A DNA stretch of 64,000 nt from Lysobacterales bacterium (GTDB lineage: Bacteria > Pseudomonadota > Gammaproteobacteria > Xanthomonadales > SZUA-36). The notes under the pieces were generated by a model, which was not told where the DNA came from, made no database searches, and was given only the letters and a program-made list of their open reading frames with translations. The DNA lies in the NCBI GenBank assembly GCA_050118555.1, contig JASFKQ010000001.1, positions 1,464-65,463 on the forward strand. Reading direction: 5' to 3'. Below are positions 37,556 to 48,212 of this stretch, piece after piece (position 1 is the stretch's first letter; every line of letters starts with the position of its first letter). Position numbers and translations under genes: made by a program.

Positions 37556-38542
37556 CTACTCCGCCCCGCCGGCCCTGGTGGCCTCCAGCGCGTCGAACAG
37601 CGAACCTGCGATGTTCAGGCCGAACTGTGCATCGAGTTCGCGAATGCAGGTCGGGCTGGTGACATTGACCTCGGTGAGCCAGTCGCCGATCACATCGAGC
37701 CCGGCGAAGACGATACCGCGGCGCTTCAGTTCCGGAGCGACCTGGCTGACGATCCACCGGTCCCGGTCGCTGAGCGGGACACCCTTGCCGGTTCCACCCT
37801 TGGCGAGGTTGCCGCGGAAATCCCCCGCACCCGGGATGCGCGCCAGAGCATAGGGTACGGCCTCTCCGTTGACGACCAGCACCCGCTTGTCCCCCTCACT
37901 GATTTCGGGAATGTAGCGCTGCACCATGATCAGGTCCCGGTCCTTGCGTGTAATCGTCTCGAGGATCACGTTCAGGTTCGGGTCATCTGGCCGAACCTGG
38001 AAGATCGACTCGCCACCCATGCCGTCGAGCCGTTTAACCACGGACAGGCCGTGCTCTCCGACGAAAGCCTTGATCCCTTCCGAACTCCGGGTGATCAGCG
38101 CCGGCACACAGCATTGGGGAAAATGGGTAATGAAACATTTCTCATTGGCGTCGCGCAGGGCCTGTGGGCGGTTGACCACCGTCACCCCGGATTGTTCCGC
38201 CAGATCGAGGATGTACGTGGTGTAGACATAATCCATGTCAAACGGCGGGTCCTTGCGCATCAACAGGAAGTCCAGCCCGGACAGTTCGCTCTGTTCAGCC
38301 TGGCCCAGGGTGAACCAGTCGTCATCCTGGTCGCGCACGACCAGCGACGCCATGCGGCCCCGGGCGATACCGTCCCGGACCGAGAGGTCACGAGGTTCCA
38401 TGTACCGGATTTCGTGGCCGCGACGCTGCGCCTCCAACAACATGGCGAAGGTCGAGTCCTTGTACCGCTTGATCCCGCAGATCGGGTCCATGACGACACC
38501 GGTCACGAACGGACCGGCGGTTGTGTCGCGTGCCTCGGTCAT
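37556..38542 (-). CDS. gshB: Glutathione synthetase
   Basis: GVVMDPICGIKRYKDSTFAMLLEAQRRGHEIRYMEP parallels the E. coli GshB N-terminus, followed by an ATP-grasp C-domain. Start moved to ATG 38542. Confidence 0.9.
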   Translation of the reverse strand: MTEARDTTAGPFVTGVVMDPICGIKRYKDSTFAMLLEAQRRGHEIRYMEPRDLSVRDGIARGRMASLVVRDQDDDWFTLGQAEQSELSGLDFLLMRKDPPFDMDYVYTTYILDLAEQSGVTVVNRPQALRDANEKCFITHFPQCCVPALITRSSEGIKAFVGEHGLSVVKRLDGMGGESIFQVRPDDPNLNVILETITRKDRDLIMVQRYIPEISEGDKRVLVVNGEAVPYALARIPGAGDFRGNLAKGGTGKGVPLSDRDRWIVSQVAPELKRRGIVFAGLDVIGDWLTEVNVTSPTCIRELDAQFGLNIAGSLFDALEATRAGGAE

Positions 38543-38806
38543 TGCGCCTTCTTTCCCTGAATTCCTTGCCGACCTCACAATTATCGGCTTCTGCGCCACA
38601 CGGTGCCAACATCAATACCATGAATCATCGCACCGGTCGTTTGCAAACACCAGTCTTAGCTTTTTTTCATAAGCTGTTGTTACTGCTGGATTCTGCAATC
38701 AAAAGTGGTAGACTAACAAGTCCGAGCCTCCTAGAATGGGCTGGAAAGTGTTCGGCCGGGCGCCAGGGGGGCGCCCGCATCAGGAAGTTTAACCAGGGAC
38801 GGATTT

Positions 38807-39223
38807 ATGACTGAAGAACACACTCAAGGCACGGTCAACGGCAACGCCGAACCTGCCCATTTGCGCATCCTCGTCGTCGACGACAGTTCGACCATTAGGC
38901 GCTCCGCCGAATCCATGCTGACGACCGAAGGCTACGACGTCGTCACCGCCGAGAATGGCTTCGAAGCGCTTTCCATGGTGGCCCGCCACAACCCGGACCT
39001 GATCTTTGTCGACATCATGATGCCGCGCCTGGACGGTTACCAGACATGCGCGATCATCAAGAACAATGCACAGTACCGGGCCACGCCGGTCGTCATGCTG
39101 ACGAGCAAGGACGGCCTTTTCGACCAGGCGCGTGGGCGCGTCGTCGGTTCCGACCTGTACCTCACCAAGCCGTTTACGAAAGAGGAGCTGCTCGCCGCGG
39201 TCGCGCAACATGCCGCCGCCTGA
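38807..39223 (+). CDS. pilG: Twitching-motility response regulator PilG (CheY-like)
   Basis: ILVVDDSSTIRRSAE...FVDIMMPRLDGYQTCAIIKNN...SKDGLFDQARGRVVGSDLYLTKPF closely parallels P. aeruginosa PilG as recalled. Confidence 0.9.
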   Translation: MTEEHTQGTVNGNAEPAHLRILVVDDSSTIRRSAESMLTTEGYDVVTAENGFEALSMVARHNPDLIFVDIMMPRLDGYQTCAIIKNNAQYRATPVVMLTSKDGLFDQARGRVVGSDLYLTKPFTKEELLAAVAQHAAA

Positions 39224-39276
39224 CGATAGCTGAACATCCCAACCGGGGTCCACGAACAGGGAAAGTGAAGGGACGC

Positions 39277-39822
39277 ATGAAACTCAACGGCAAGAACGCT
39301 GCATTCGCCAAGCTGCTCGAATATGAGAAGCGCAGTGCGACTTTTGCGCCGGGCGGCGCGGGCGGCAGCGGCCCGACCCAGGAATGGAGCGGCGTCACCT
39401 TCAGCCTCGGCCAATCACGGCTGACGTGCAACATCGACCGTATCGGCGAAATCTTTCCCTGTCCCCAGGCTACACCCGTGCCGGGTGCCAAGCCCTGGAT
39501 CATCGGCCTGGCGAATGTCCGGGGCGAGTTGCTCACGATCGTCGACCTTTCCTGGTACCTCAACGGAGTTCGGTCACCGGTGACGGCGCGCAGCCGCTTA
39601 CTCGGCACCACGCTCAACAAGGCGCCCATCGGCCTGTTGATCGACGAAGTGCACGGCCAGCGCCACTTCATGGACGGCGATGCCGAACCTTCGGATCTGC
39701 CCGACGACTCACCGCTGAGCGGCGTCGTCAGCAAGCAGTACACGTTTGGCGCCGAAACGTGGCACGAACTGGACCTCGACCAGTTGTTCAACACACCGGA
39801 GTTCCTCAATGGCGCGGCGTGA
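39277..39822 (+). CDS. pilI: CheW-like coupling protein PilI
   Basis: 181 aa from ATG 39277. CheW-domain blocks (PWIIGLANVRGELLTIVDL; IGLLIDEVHG). Positioned between pilG and pilJ. Confidence 0.8.
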   Translation: MKLNGKNAAFAKLLEYEKRSATFAPGGAGGSGPTQEWSGVTFSLGQSRLTCNIDRIGEIFPCPQATPVPGAKPWIIGLANVRGELLTIVDLSWYLNGVRSPVTARSRLLGTTLNKAPIGLLIDEVHGQRHFMDGDAEPSDLPDDSPLSGVVSKQYTFGAETWHELDLDQLFNTPEFLNGAA

Positions 39823-39895
39823 GAAATCGAGGATCGACAAGGGCCGCAAACGCCAGCGGGGATTCTTCCAGCGCGGCGAGAAGAGGCAGGAGACC

Positions 39896-41932
39896 ATGAC
39901 CACGACCCACACCAAGCCCTGGACGCAAAAATCCGGCCGCATTTACGCCATGGTGGGGTTCCTGGTCATTCTCCTCGCCTTCGTCGCCGTCACCTTCTTC
40001 CTGATCACCAAGGAGAGCCGCAACGAGCAGGAATGGATTCGCCTGGCCACCGATCTGCAGGTGCACTCGCAGCAACTGGCCAAATCATCCGCGGAGGCCG
40101 TCGAAGGCAACCGCGGTGCGTTCATGCAACTTGGCGACTCCACCGGAATCATCTCCGACGCAATGGACGACCTCAACGACGGCGACCCCGTCCGGTCGCT
40201 GCCGCCGCTTCCCGGCGTGATGGAACCGACGCTGGTCGAACTGGACAAGACGTGGAAGCGCATGAATACGAACGCGAGCAGCATCCTGGACCGGGAGTCG
40301 CTGGTGCTGGATCTGGCCGCGGCCAGCACGGCGTTCATCAAGGTGGTTCCGGAAATCCAGGAACTGACCGACAAGGCAATCCGCCAACTGACGCAGGACG
40401 GCGCGCCCACCCAACAGGTGTTCGTCGCCGGTCGTCAGTTGGTGTTGACCGATCGCATCCTCCGGCACCTCAAGGAGATGCTGAGGGGAGGTGCTGGCTC
40501 CGTGGCCGCCGCCGACAACTTCACCCGCGAGATCGATTATTTCGAACAGACCATGAACGCGCTGCTGCAGGGCAGCCAAAGCGTGGGGGTCACCCAGGTG
40601 AAATCCGGCGCCGCTCGAAGCGCGCTTTCCAGGGCTTCACAGGTTTACGAGGATGCCAGTCCGCAACTCGAAACCATTCTGAAATCCACCTCGGACATTC
40701 TGGCCGTGCGCGGCGCCGCGGACGAAATCTTCGTCGACAGCCTGAAGATGTTCACCCTGTCGCGCCAGATTTCCGACACCGTCCTGCATCGCTCCGACAA
40801 TAGGCTGTGGCCTTCGCTCTGGTCCGGTTCGCTGGCCCTCATCGTCATTCTGGTCTCCATCGCGCTGATGGTTCGTTCGTTCCTGGCGGCCGAGCGACGC
40901 CGGGCGATCGAGGCGGGCATGCAGAACCAGAAGAACCAGCAGGCCATCATGCGACTGCTGGACGAAATGAGTTCGCTGGCAGACGGCGACCTGCGGGTAC
41001 GGGCGACGGTGACCGACGACATGACGGGCGCCATCGCCGATGCCGTCAATTTCGCGGTCGAACAGCTGCGAGAACTGGTGACGGGCATCAATATCACCGC
41101 GCAAACCGTGTCTGAATCGGCGCAGGAGACGATGGACACCACCGGCAAGCTGGCCCTGGCCTCGGGGCAGCAGGCCGAGCAGGTGCGTGAAGTCACCGAT
41201 ACCATCAACGAGATGTCCCGCTCATTCGACGCCATGGCCACGCGCTCCCGCGAATCCAGCGAGGTCGCACAGCGGTCCGTGGCGATTGCCCACAATGGGT
41301 CGCAGATGGTGCAGCAGACCATCCGGGGTATGGATACGATCCGCGACCAGATCCAGGAAACGTCCAAGCGCATCAAGCGGCTGGGCGAATCCTCTCAGGA
41401 AATCGGCGACATCGTCGAACTGATCAACGGCATCGCGGAACAAACCAACATCCTCGCCCTCAACGCGGCGATCCAGTCTGCTTCCGCGGGCGGCGCCGGC
41501 CGCGGCTTCGCGGTGGTAGCCGACGAAGTGCAGCGCCTGGCCGAGCGCGCGACGAACGCGACCCGGCGCATCGAGTTGCTGGTGAAGAACATCCAGGCCG
41601 ACACCTCGGAGGCGGTGATCTCGATGGAGTCCACCACTTCGGAAGTCGTCGCGGGCGCCGAGAAGGCCGAGGACGCCGGCGAGGCGCTCAAGCGGATCGA
41701 ATCCGTGTCCATGGACCTGTCCAAGCTGATCGAGGAGATTTCCCAGGAGGCGCAGGAGCAGTCCGGAACGGCCACGCATGTGGCGGAGCACATGCAGAGC
41801 ATCCGTGACGTATCCATCCGCACGTCCGAGGGCAGCAAGCAGACCGCGCAATCCATGGGCCGGCTGGCCGACCTCGTGCAGAAACTCCGGGAATCGGTAG
41901 CGGACTTCAAGCTGCCGCAACCTGGCGACTGA
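39896..41932 (+). CDS. pilJ: Methyl-accepting chemotaxis protein PilJ
   Basis: 678 aa from ATG 39896 (AGGAGA upstream). Two TM helices flank a large periplasmic domain. HAMP domain and the invariant MCP hairpin IAEQTNILALNAAIQSASAGGAGRGFAVVADEVQRLAERA. Confidence 0.9.
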   Translation: MTTTHTKPWTQKSGRIYAMVGFLVILLAFVAVTFFLITKESRNEQEWIRLATDLQVHSQQLAKSSAEAVEGNRGAFMQLGDSTGIISDAMDDLNDGDPVRSLPPLPGVMEPTLVELDKTWKRMNTNASSILDRESLVLDLAAASTAFIKVVPEIQELTDKAIRQLTQDGAPTQQVFVAGRQLVLTDRILRHLKEMLRGGAGSVAAADNFTREIDYFEQTMNALLQGSQSVGVTQVKSGAARSALSRASQVYEDASPQLETILKSTSDILAVRGAADEIFVDSLKMFTLSRQISDTVLHRSDNRLWPSLWSGSLALIVILVSIALMVRSFLAAERRRAIEAGMQNQKNQQAIMRLLDEMSSLADGDLRVRATVTDDMTGAIADAVNFAVEQLRELVTGINITAQTVSESAQETMDTTGKLALASGQQAEQVREVTDTINEMSRSFDAMATRSRESSEVAQRSVAIAHNGSQMVQQTIRGMDTIRDQIQETSKRIKRLGESSQEIGDIVELINGIAEQTNILALNAAIQSASAGGAGRGFAVVADEVQRLAERATNATRRIELLVKNIQADTSEAVISMESTTSEVVAGAEKAEDAGEALKRIESVSMDLSKLIEEISQEAQEQSGTATHVAEHMQSIRDVSIRTSEGSKQTAQSMGRLADLVQKLRESVADFKLPQPGD

Positions 41933-41962
41933 GCGACCGGGCGGATCACGGAGGGATCTTGA

Positions 41963-44900
41963 ATGATGCTTGAAGGATCGAACACGAGTGCCGCGATCGG
42001 CTGGGTGCGGGAGGACCTGGACGAATGCCTCGAGACCATTCGCGAGAACCTGGAAGCCTTCGCGGAAGATCCGGCACAGCGCGATCCGCTGGCCGCCGTA
42101 CAGGAAGAGCTCGAGCGGCTGAACCTCATCTTCCTGACCATGGAGCAACGCGGCGCCAGCATCCTGACGGATGAAATGATCGCGGTCGGCGGCCACATGT
42201 TGCACAACGGCAAGGCCAACGTCGAAGAATCGCTCAACGCGCTCACCGACGCGATTATCGTTTTGCCCTCGTACCTCGACCGCCTGCAGGCCGGGCACGA
42301 AGACCTGCCCATACTGTTGTTGCCGACCCTGAATGAACTCCGGGCCACCTACGACGAATCCCTGCTCTCCGAAGGCACGCTGTTCGCCCCGGACCTGGAC
42401 GTCATCATTCCCGAGCTGAGCGGCAGTGAGGCCGACGCGATCGCCGCCAGCGATTTCCCCGCTTTCGCCCGCCGCGTGCGCAGCCTGTACCAGGGCGCCT
42501 TGCTCGGTTGGCTCAAGGAACAATCCAAGGACTCGCTGCTCAACCCGATGCAGCAGGTGTGCCGCAAACTCTACATACGACTGGGCCGTAACGAACTCCG
42601 GCGCCTCTGGTGGATCGCAGAGCAGGTCATGCAGGGATTAATCGATGACTCGATCGACAACGACCTGGCGCTTCGCCGCCTGTTCGCCCGGCTGGACCTG
42701 ACGCTCAAGGCCATGACCGAAGGCGGAGAGAAGGGACCGGCCAGCGACACGATCACGGCGCTGTCCCGCGCGCTGCTGTTTTACGCCGCCCAGGCACGGC
42801 CCGGCAGCAAGGCCACCGACACCCTGAGGAAGCACTTCAAGCTCGAGGAGCTGATCCCCGACCGCGACGCACTGATGCGCGCCAGGGGAGCGGTGACGGG
42901 CCGCGACGCCGGCCTGTTCCAGTCAATCGGGGATGCCGTGCGCGAAGAGCTCAGCCAGGTCAAGGACACCCTCGACATGGAGCTGCGCACCGGCCGGATC
43001 GATGCCGAACAGCGAGCGGAGAGCAGAAAATCGCTCCAGCAGCTCGCCGACACGCTGCGCATGCTGGAGCTGCCCGTCCCGGCGCACGCCGTGGAGGAGT
43101 TGCTGCCGGCGCTGGAAGAGACCAAGGGCGCCACCAATATGGACCTGGACTCGCCGCTGCTGGCGCTGGCCCAGAAACTGATCGAAGTCGAGTCGATCCT
43201 GAACACCCACATCCAGCTGTTGGGCGAACCGGTCGAGGAGCAGGCCGCCACCGACGGGCTCTCGCTGCCGCCGCACGAACAGCGGCAAATCCTCGGCCGT
43301 CTGCTGGACGAATGCGTTTCGACGCTGCGGGAAGTCCAGGACGCGATCCGCGAGCGGCTCGACGGCAATGCCGAAGCGGACTTCAACACGGGCCTGGCCC
43401 AGATCGCGGGCGCACTGGGCGTGGCTTCGCAGGGTGAAGTCGCGGCGCTGACCGGAAAGCTCGGCCGGGCGCTCAACGCGGCCCTGGCTCAGCCCGGGGA
43501 CGTCCCCAACCTGGAAGCCCTGACCGACGCAGTCGCCGCGCTGGAGCTCTACCTCGCCGGATGCCGCGACGAACAGGCCAACAGCGTGCGTTTCCTCGAA
43601 GTCATGCACGGCCGGCTCGAAGGCTTGCCGGAAGCAGACGCCGATGGTGGGGAAGTGCCCGAGACCAGCATCACGCTGCCAAGCCGGAGCCGCGAAGCGC
43701 CCGCACCTGCAGAGGCGCGCGAGCCAGCGCCTTCGGCAACAGGTATCGACCCGGCCATGCTGGGGATCTTCCTCGAAGAGTTCGACTCGGTCCGCAGCAG
43801 CCTCGAGAGCCAGCTCAAGCAATGGCTGGAGGAACCGGCCAACCAGAAGGCGCTTGGCGAGGTGCGGCGCGCGTTCCACACGCTCAAGGGCAGCGGCCGC
43901 ATGGTCGGCGCCGCGGAAATCGGCGAATTCGCCTGGCGCGTCGAGGACCTGCTCAACGCACTCATCGAGAAGCGCATCGAATTCTCCCCGGCCCTGGGCG
44001 ACACAATCGTTCTGGCAACCGCTGCGCTCGATCCTCTTCGTGCGTGCCTGGTGAATGAACCAGCCACGCTAGAACCCGACGCCATACAGTCGCTGGCGGC
44101 GCACATACAGAAGATCGGCGCCGGCAAGCGCGCCGATGTCGAGGAGCTGAGGAACAGCCTGCCTGACGCCTTCCTCGCGGCACTTGCGGCGGAACCGGAA
44201 AAGGCAGCCGACGCCAGAGCCGAAGCCGAGCCCGTGGCGGCCGCCGCCGAGGACGAGGATACGGACCTCGAACCCGAGCGGCTGGAAAGACTGCTGAGCG
44301 GCGAGGAAGTGGACCCGACGCTGCGCCAGCTGATGATCGGCGAAATCCAGAGCTATCTCGGCGAGTTCGAATCCTTCGCCGATGGTCTCGCCTCGGGCCA
44401 AGACCAGGCAGTGAGCCCGAACCTGGTGCGCGCTGCGCACACTCTGGCCGGAACGCTGTCGATGGCGCCCCTGGGCCAGGAGGGAGACGTTGCACGCGCC
44501 CTGGAAGACTACCTGGACAACCGGCTGAAGACCGACCGCCCGGTCGCGGCTGCATCCTCTCTTCCCGTGCAGACCGCCCTGCACCGTTTCCACCAGCGCC
44601 TGTTCGTGCTGGAGGAAGGGGCTGCGGAGACCTATCCGCTGGAAGACGAGCGTCTGCTGGCCAACCTCGCCGGCCTGGCCGAACTCGAGGATTCGGCCAC
44701 GGATTCCCGGACGGAACCCACCGCTCAGGAAGAGCGCGCGGAGACGGAAGAGCGTCCCGCCACGGAGGCGAAGGCTCCGGCTTCGGAACCGGCGGCGCCG
44801 GAAGAAACGTCCGCGGCCCCGGAAGAACAGCCGGAGACGGAAGAACCCGCCGTCGCGGAGTCGGAAGCGGCGGCCCCGGAACCCGATGGGCGGCATATCT

Positions 44901-47404
44901 CGATCGAAGAGGGAAGCATCATCGCCATCTTCCTGGAAGAGGCGAACGAGGTGCTGGAGCGCTGCGACACACTGTTGAATACCTGGCGCGACAAGCTCTC
45001 CGACCGCAAGCTGGTGCAAAACCTGCAACGCGAAATCCATACGTTCAAGGGCGGCGCGCGGATGGCCGGGCTAGAGGGGCTCGGCGACCTCAGTCACGCG
45101 ATGGAGACGCTGCTCGAACATATCGCCGCCGGCCGTCTGGAGGCGACCGTCCTGGCGGTGCAGGCACTGGAAGAAGGCTGCGACCGCCTGACCGTCTGGG
45201 TCGAGCAAATCCAGTCGGGCACGTTGCCGGAAACGGGCGACGCGCGCGCCCGGTTCGAACAGCGGGTGAAGGCGCTGCGGATGCCGGCGGCGGAGCCGGA
45301 AGAAGAACCGGCGGCGGAGCCGGTCGACATGCGTCCGGCGACACCGAAACCCGATTCTTCCCGCGAAGCGGAAGCCGGGGAGACGGCGGAAGTCCGGACC
45401 GAGGACACACCGGAAGCCGCACCGGAAGAACCGCCGGCGCCCGAACCGACCCGGCACAAGGCGCCCCGCCCGGCGGCGGCGCGAAAGCCCGGTCTCGGCG
45501 AAGAACCGGCACGGGAATTCCGGGAGATTACCGAGAGGACCTCGGCGGCTTCCGACGACGCCGGGGCCGGCGCGCAGATCCGGGTTGCCGCGGAACTCAT
45601 GGACAAGCTGGTCAACTACTCCGGCGAAATCAGCATCTACCGTTCGCGCCTCGAACAGCAACTCGGCACCGTCCGCTTCAACCTGAAGGAGGTGGACGCG
45701 ACCGTCCAGCGCCTGCGCGACCAGTTGCGCAAGATGGACATGGAAAGCGAGGCGCAGATGATGTCGCGCTACCAGAGCGCTTCTACGCAGGGCACATCGG
45801 AATTCGATCCGCTCGAGCTCGATCGCTTCTCCAACATGCAACAGCTCTCGCGGGCGCTCTCGGAAACCGTCAGCGACCTCGTGAACCTGCACGATATGCT
45901 CGACGATTCGGTGCGCCAGGCCGAAAGCCTGCTGACGCAGCAGTCCCGGGTCAGCAGCGAACTGCAGGAAGGTCTGATGCAGACGCGGATGACGCCGTTC
46001 GGCAGCGCCGCGCCGCGTCTGCGCCGCGTGGTTCGCGCCGCCGCCACCGAAACCGGCAAAAAGGCGCGCCTGCAACTGCGCATGGCCGGTTCCAGCGATC
46101 AGCTCGATCGCAACGTGCTGGAGCGCATCACCGCGCCGCTCGAGCACATGCTGCGCAATGCCGTGGCCCATGGGATCGAGGACCCGAAGGTCCGCCGCAA
46201 GCTGAAGAAACCCGAAGAGGGCAGCATCACAGTCACCGTGCAAGCCGAAGCGACAGAGTTCGTGATCCGTGTCCAGGACGACGGCAGCGGCATCAACCTG
46301 GACGCCGTCCGCAAGCGCGCAATCGAGCGCGGTATGATCAAGGCCGACGAGCGGGTCGATCCGCATCGACTGGTTCAGTTCATTCGCGAAAGCGGGTTCT
46401 CGACCGCGCAGACCGTGACCGGGCTGGCAGGCCGCGGCGTGGGCATGGACGTCGTGAACAGCGAGATCAAGCAGATCGGCGGTTCGATGGAAATCGACAC
46501 CGAGGCGGGCAAAGGCACCCGCTTCACGATCCGGATTCCGTTCAGCCTGGCGGTCATGCAGGCCATCGGCGTGACCGTCGGCGATCGTCCCTTCCAGATT
46601 CCGCTGAACAGCGTGGCGGGTGTTACCCGCATGAGCCCCTCGGAGTACGGCGCCCTGGTCAAAAGCGAGGCGCCGAGCTGCCATTTTGCGGGCGAAGACT
46701 ACCCGTTGCTCGAGCTCGAACCGTTGCTGGACGCTCCCACGCTACCGCTCGACAACGATAACGTGTCGCTGCTCCTGATCCGTACGGGCGATTACAAGGC
46801 GGCATTCCGCGTGTCGGCCCTGCAGGGCCACCAGGAAGTCGTCATCAAGCCGGTCGGACCGCAGATCAGCAGCATCCCCGGGATCCTGGGCGGCACCATT
46901 GCCGCGGACGGACAGGTGATGATCATCCTGGACATGGGCCCGCTGATCCGCCGCGGCCTGGAGCGCCCCATCCAGCCACCGGAACCCGCCCCGGCGCCGC
47001 GCGAGGAATCGCGCAAGCCGGTCGTCATGGTCGTCGACGATTCGATCACGATGCGCAAGGTGACTTCCCGCGTGCTGGAAAACCATTCGCTGGAGGTCAT
47101 GACGGCCCAGGACGGTCTGGACGCCGTCGAGAAGCTGCATGAACGCGTACCGGACCTGATGCTGCTGGACATCGAGATGCCACGGATGGACGGATACGAG
47201 TTGCTCGAGCACGTCCGGGCCGACGCGCGGCTCCGGCACGTACCGGTGGTCATGATCACGTCGCGCGCCGGGCAGAAGCACCGCAAGAAGGCAAAAGCGG
47301 CCGGCGCAAACGCCTACCTGACCAAACCGTACCAGGAACCCGAACTGGTCGAGCAAGTCAGTGAGATGCTGGGCATCGAACTCGTGCCGAGGAGGTCGGA
47401 CTGA
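41963..47404 (+). CDS. chpA: ChpA/PilL hybrid CheA-type histidine kinase (multi-Hpt, HATPase, CheW, C-terminal receiver)
   Basis: 1813 aa. Hpt motifs FHTLKGSGRMVG and IHTFKGGARMAG plus a degenerate AAHTLAGT. Acidic Pro/Glu-rich linkers. Kinase core LEHMLRNAVAHGIE...GRGVGMDVV. CheW-like region. REC domain VVMVVDDS...LLDIEMPRMDGYE...TKPY. Confidence 0.92.
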   Translation: MMLEGSNTSAAIGWVREDLDECLETIRENLEAFAEDPAQRDPLAAVQEELERLNLIFLTMEQRGASILTDEMIAVGGHMLHNGKANVEESLNALTDAIIVLPSYLDRLQAGHEDLPILLLPTLNELRATYDESLLSEGTLFAPDLDVIIPELSGSEADAIAASDFPAFARRVRSLYQGALLGWLKEQSKDSLLNPMQQVCRKLYIRLGRNELRRLWWIAEQVMQGLIDDSIDNDLALRRLFARLDLTLKAMTEGGEKGPASDTITALSRALLFYAAQARPGSKATDTLRKHFKLEELIPDRDALMRARGAVTGRDAGLFQSIGDAVREELSQVKDTLDMELRTGRIDAEQRAESRKSLQQLADTLRMLELPVPAHAVEELLPALEETKGATNMDLDSPLLALAQKLIEVESILNTHIQLLGEPVEEQAATDGLSLPPHEQRQILGRLLDECVSTLREVQDAIRERLDGNAEADFNTGLAQIAGALGVASQGEVAALTGKLGRALNAALAQPGDVPNLEALTDAVAALELYLAGCRDEQANSVRFLEVMHGRLEGLPEADADGGEVPETSITLPSRSREAPAPAEAREPAPSATGIDPAMLGIFLEEFDSVRSSLESQLKQWLEEPANQKALGEVRRAFHTLKGSGRMVGAAEIGEFAWRVEDLLNALIEKRIEFSPALGDTIVLATAALDPLRACLVNEPATLEPDAIQSLAAHIQKIGAGKRADVEELRNSLPDAFLAALAAEPEKAADARAEAEPVAAAAEDEDTDLEPERLERLLSGEEVDPTLRQLMIGEIQSYLGEFESFADGLASGQDQAVSPNLVRAAHTLAGTLSMAPLGQEGDVARALEDYLDNRLKTDRPVAAASSLPVQTALHRFHQRLFVLEEGAAETYPLEDERLLANLAGLAELEDSATDSRTEPTAQEERAETEERPATEAKAPASEPAAPEETSAAPEEQPETEEPAVAESEAAAPEPDGRHISIEEGSIIAIFLEEANEVLERCDTLLNTWRDKLSDRKLVQNLQREIHTFKGGARMAGLEGLGDLSHAMETLLEHIAAGRLEATVLAVQALEEGCDRLTVWVEQIQSGTLPETGDARARFEQRVKALRMPAAEPEEEPAAEPVDMRPATPKPDSSREAEAGETAEVRTEDTPEAAPEEPPAPEPTRHKAPRPAAARKPGLGEEPAREFREITERTSAASDDAGAGAQIRVAAELMDKLVNYSGEISIYRSRLEQQLGTVRFNLKEVDATVQRLRDQLRKMDMESEAQMMSRYQSASTQGTSEFDPLELDRFSNMQQLSRALSETVSDLVNLHDMLDDSVRQAESLLTQQSRVSSELQEGLMQTRMTPFGSAAPRLRRVVRAAATETGKKARLQLRMAGSSDQLDRNVLERITAPLEHMLRNAVAHGIEDPKVRRKLKKPEEGSITVTVQAEATEFVIRVQDDGSGINLDAVRKRAIERGMIKADERVDPHRLVQFIRESGFSTAQTVTGLAGRGVGMDVVNSEIKQIGGSMEIDTEAGKGTRFTIRIPFSLAVMQAIGVTVGDRPFQIPLNSVAGVTRMSPSEYGALVKSEAPSCHFAGEDYPLLELEPLLDAPTLPLDNDNVSLLLIRTGDYKAAFRVSALQGHQEVVIKPVGPQISSIPGILGGTIAADGQVMIILDMGPLIRRGLERPIQPPEPAPAPREESRKPVVMVVDDSITMRKVTSRVLENHSLEVMTAQDGLDAVEKLHERVPDLMLLDIEMPRMDGYELLEHVRADARLRHVPVVMITSRAGQKHRKKAKAAGANAYLTKPYQEPELVEQVSEMLGIELVPRRSD

Positions 47405-47405
47405 C

Positions 47406-47957
47406 ATGTCGAGACAGGTCTACAGCCGTAACCGGAACAGCACGGGGCGCAAACGGGTGTTGCGCGCCTCGGGCAAGAGCCCCGAACTGCACTGCATGGT
47501 GGTCCCCACGGATCCGGAGATCCTGCTGCTCCCGACCAGCGTGATGTGCGAGGTCGTCGACTACAAGGATATTGCACCGATCGAAGACGCACCCCCCTGG
47601 CTGATGGGACAGGTCCAGTGGGAAAACCGGCAGGTGCCCGTATTCAGCTTCAGCGGGCTCATCAACGGCAAGGATGTGCAGGCGCCCGGACCCCGGGCCA
47701 AGGTAATGATCATCAAGTCGCTCGCCGAATCCGGGCGGGTCCCCTACCTCGGGCTGCTGCTGGGCGACCTGCCGCGCCCGGTCAAGGTGAACGACGGGGA
47801 TCTCCAGGAAACCGGCGACGAGAAGAAGGCGATGGGCGTCTTCAGCCGCGTACGCATCGGCGACGAGGAGGACGCGATCATCCCGGACATCGACCGGCTG
47901 ACCCATTTGGTCACGCACGCGACCTACGGCGCGCTGCCGATTACCCAGTTGGACTAG
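47406..47957 (+). CDS. chpC: CheW-like protein ChpC
   Basis: 183 aa from ATG 47406, 1 nt after the chpA stop. CheW-type blocks (PPWLMGQVQWENRQVPVFSF; YLGLLLGDLP). Confidence 0.7.
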   Translation: MSRQVYSRNRNSTGRKRVLRASGKSPELHCMVVPTDPEILLLPTSVMCEVVDYKDIAPIEDAPPWLMGQVQWENRQVPVFSFSGLINGKDVQAPGPRAKVMIIKSLAESGRVPYLGLLLGDLPRPVKVNDGDLQETGDEKKAMGVFSRVRIGDEEDAIIPDIDRLTHLVTHATYGALPITQLD

Positions 47958-47995
47958 CCTGCATATCGCACCAGCCGGGTTTGGCTGGCTTCCCG
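47957..47995. repeat. 39-bp direct repeat, copy 1 (contains hairpin ccagcc-gggttt-ggctgg)
   Basis: gcctgcatatcgcaccagccgggtttggctggcttcccg. 36/39 identical to 48213-48251. Starts inside the chpC stop codon. Confidence 0.8.
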
Positions 47996-48212
47996 GAACA
48001 TTGAGTCCTGGATAATTCTCGGAATGTTGGAAGCAGATTCCAACGCTACCGCGCTCCTCCGCCCAACCCTATCCCGGCCCTGGCTGGTCCATGCACGCCT
48101 GCGCTTGGTTTTCCCTCAACCCGTAGCCCCGGCTACAGGTCTCGCTCCAAACCGGCGCCCAGACGCACCTGTCCTGCGCCATCATCCGGGATACTGATGC
48201 AATATGCAGGCT

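Noticed and set aside
44069-46684. Long minus-strand ORFs (323 aa and 537 aa) antisense to chpA
   Set aside because: They are Arg/Gly/Ala/His-rich with no motifs, and are fully embedded in a gene with strong domain evidence on the + strand. These are typical shadow ORFs of GC-rich DNA.
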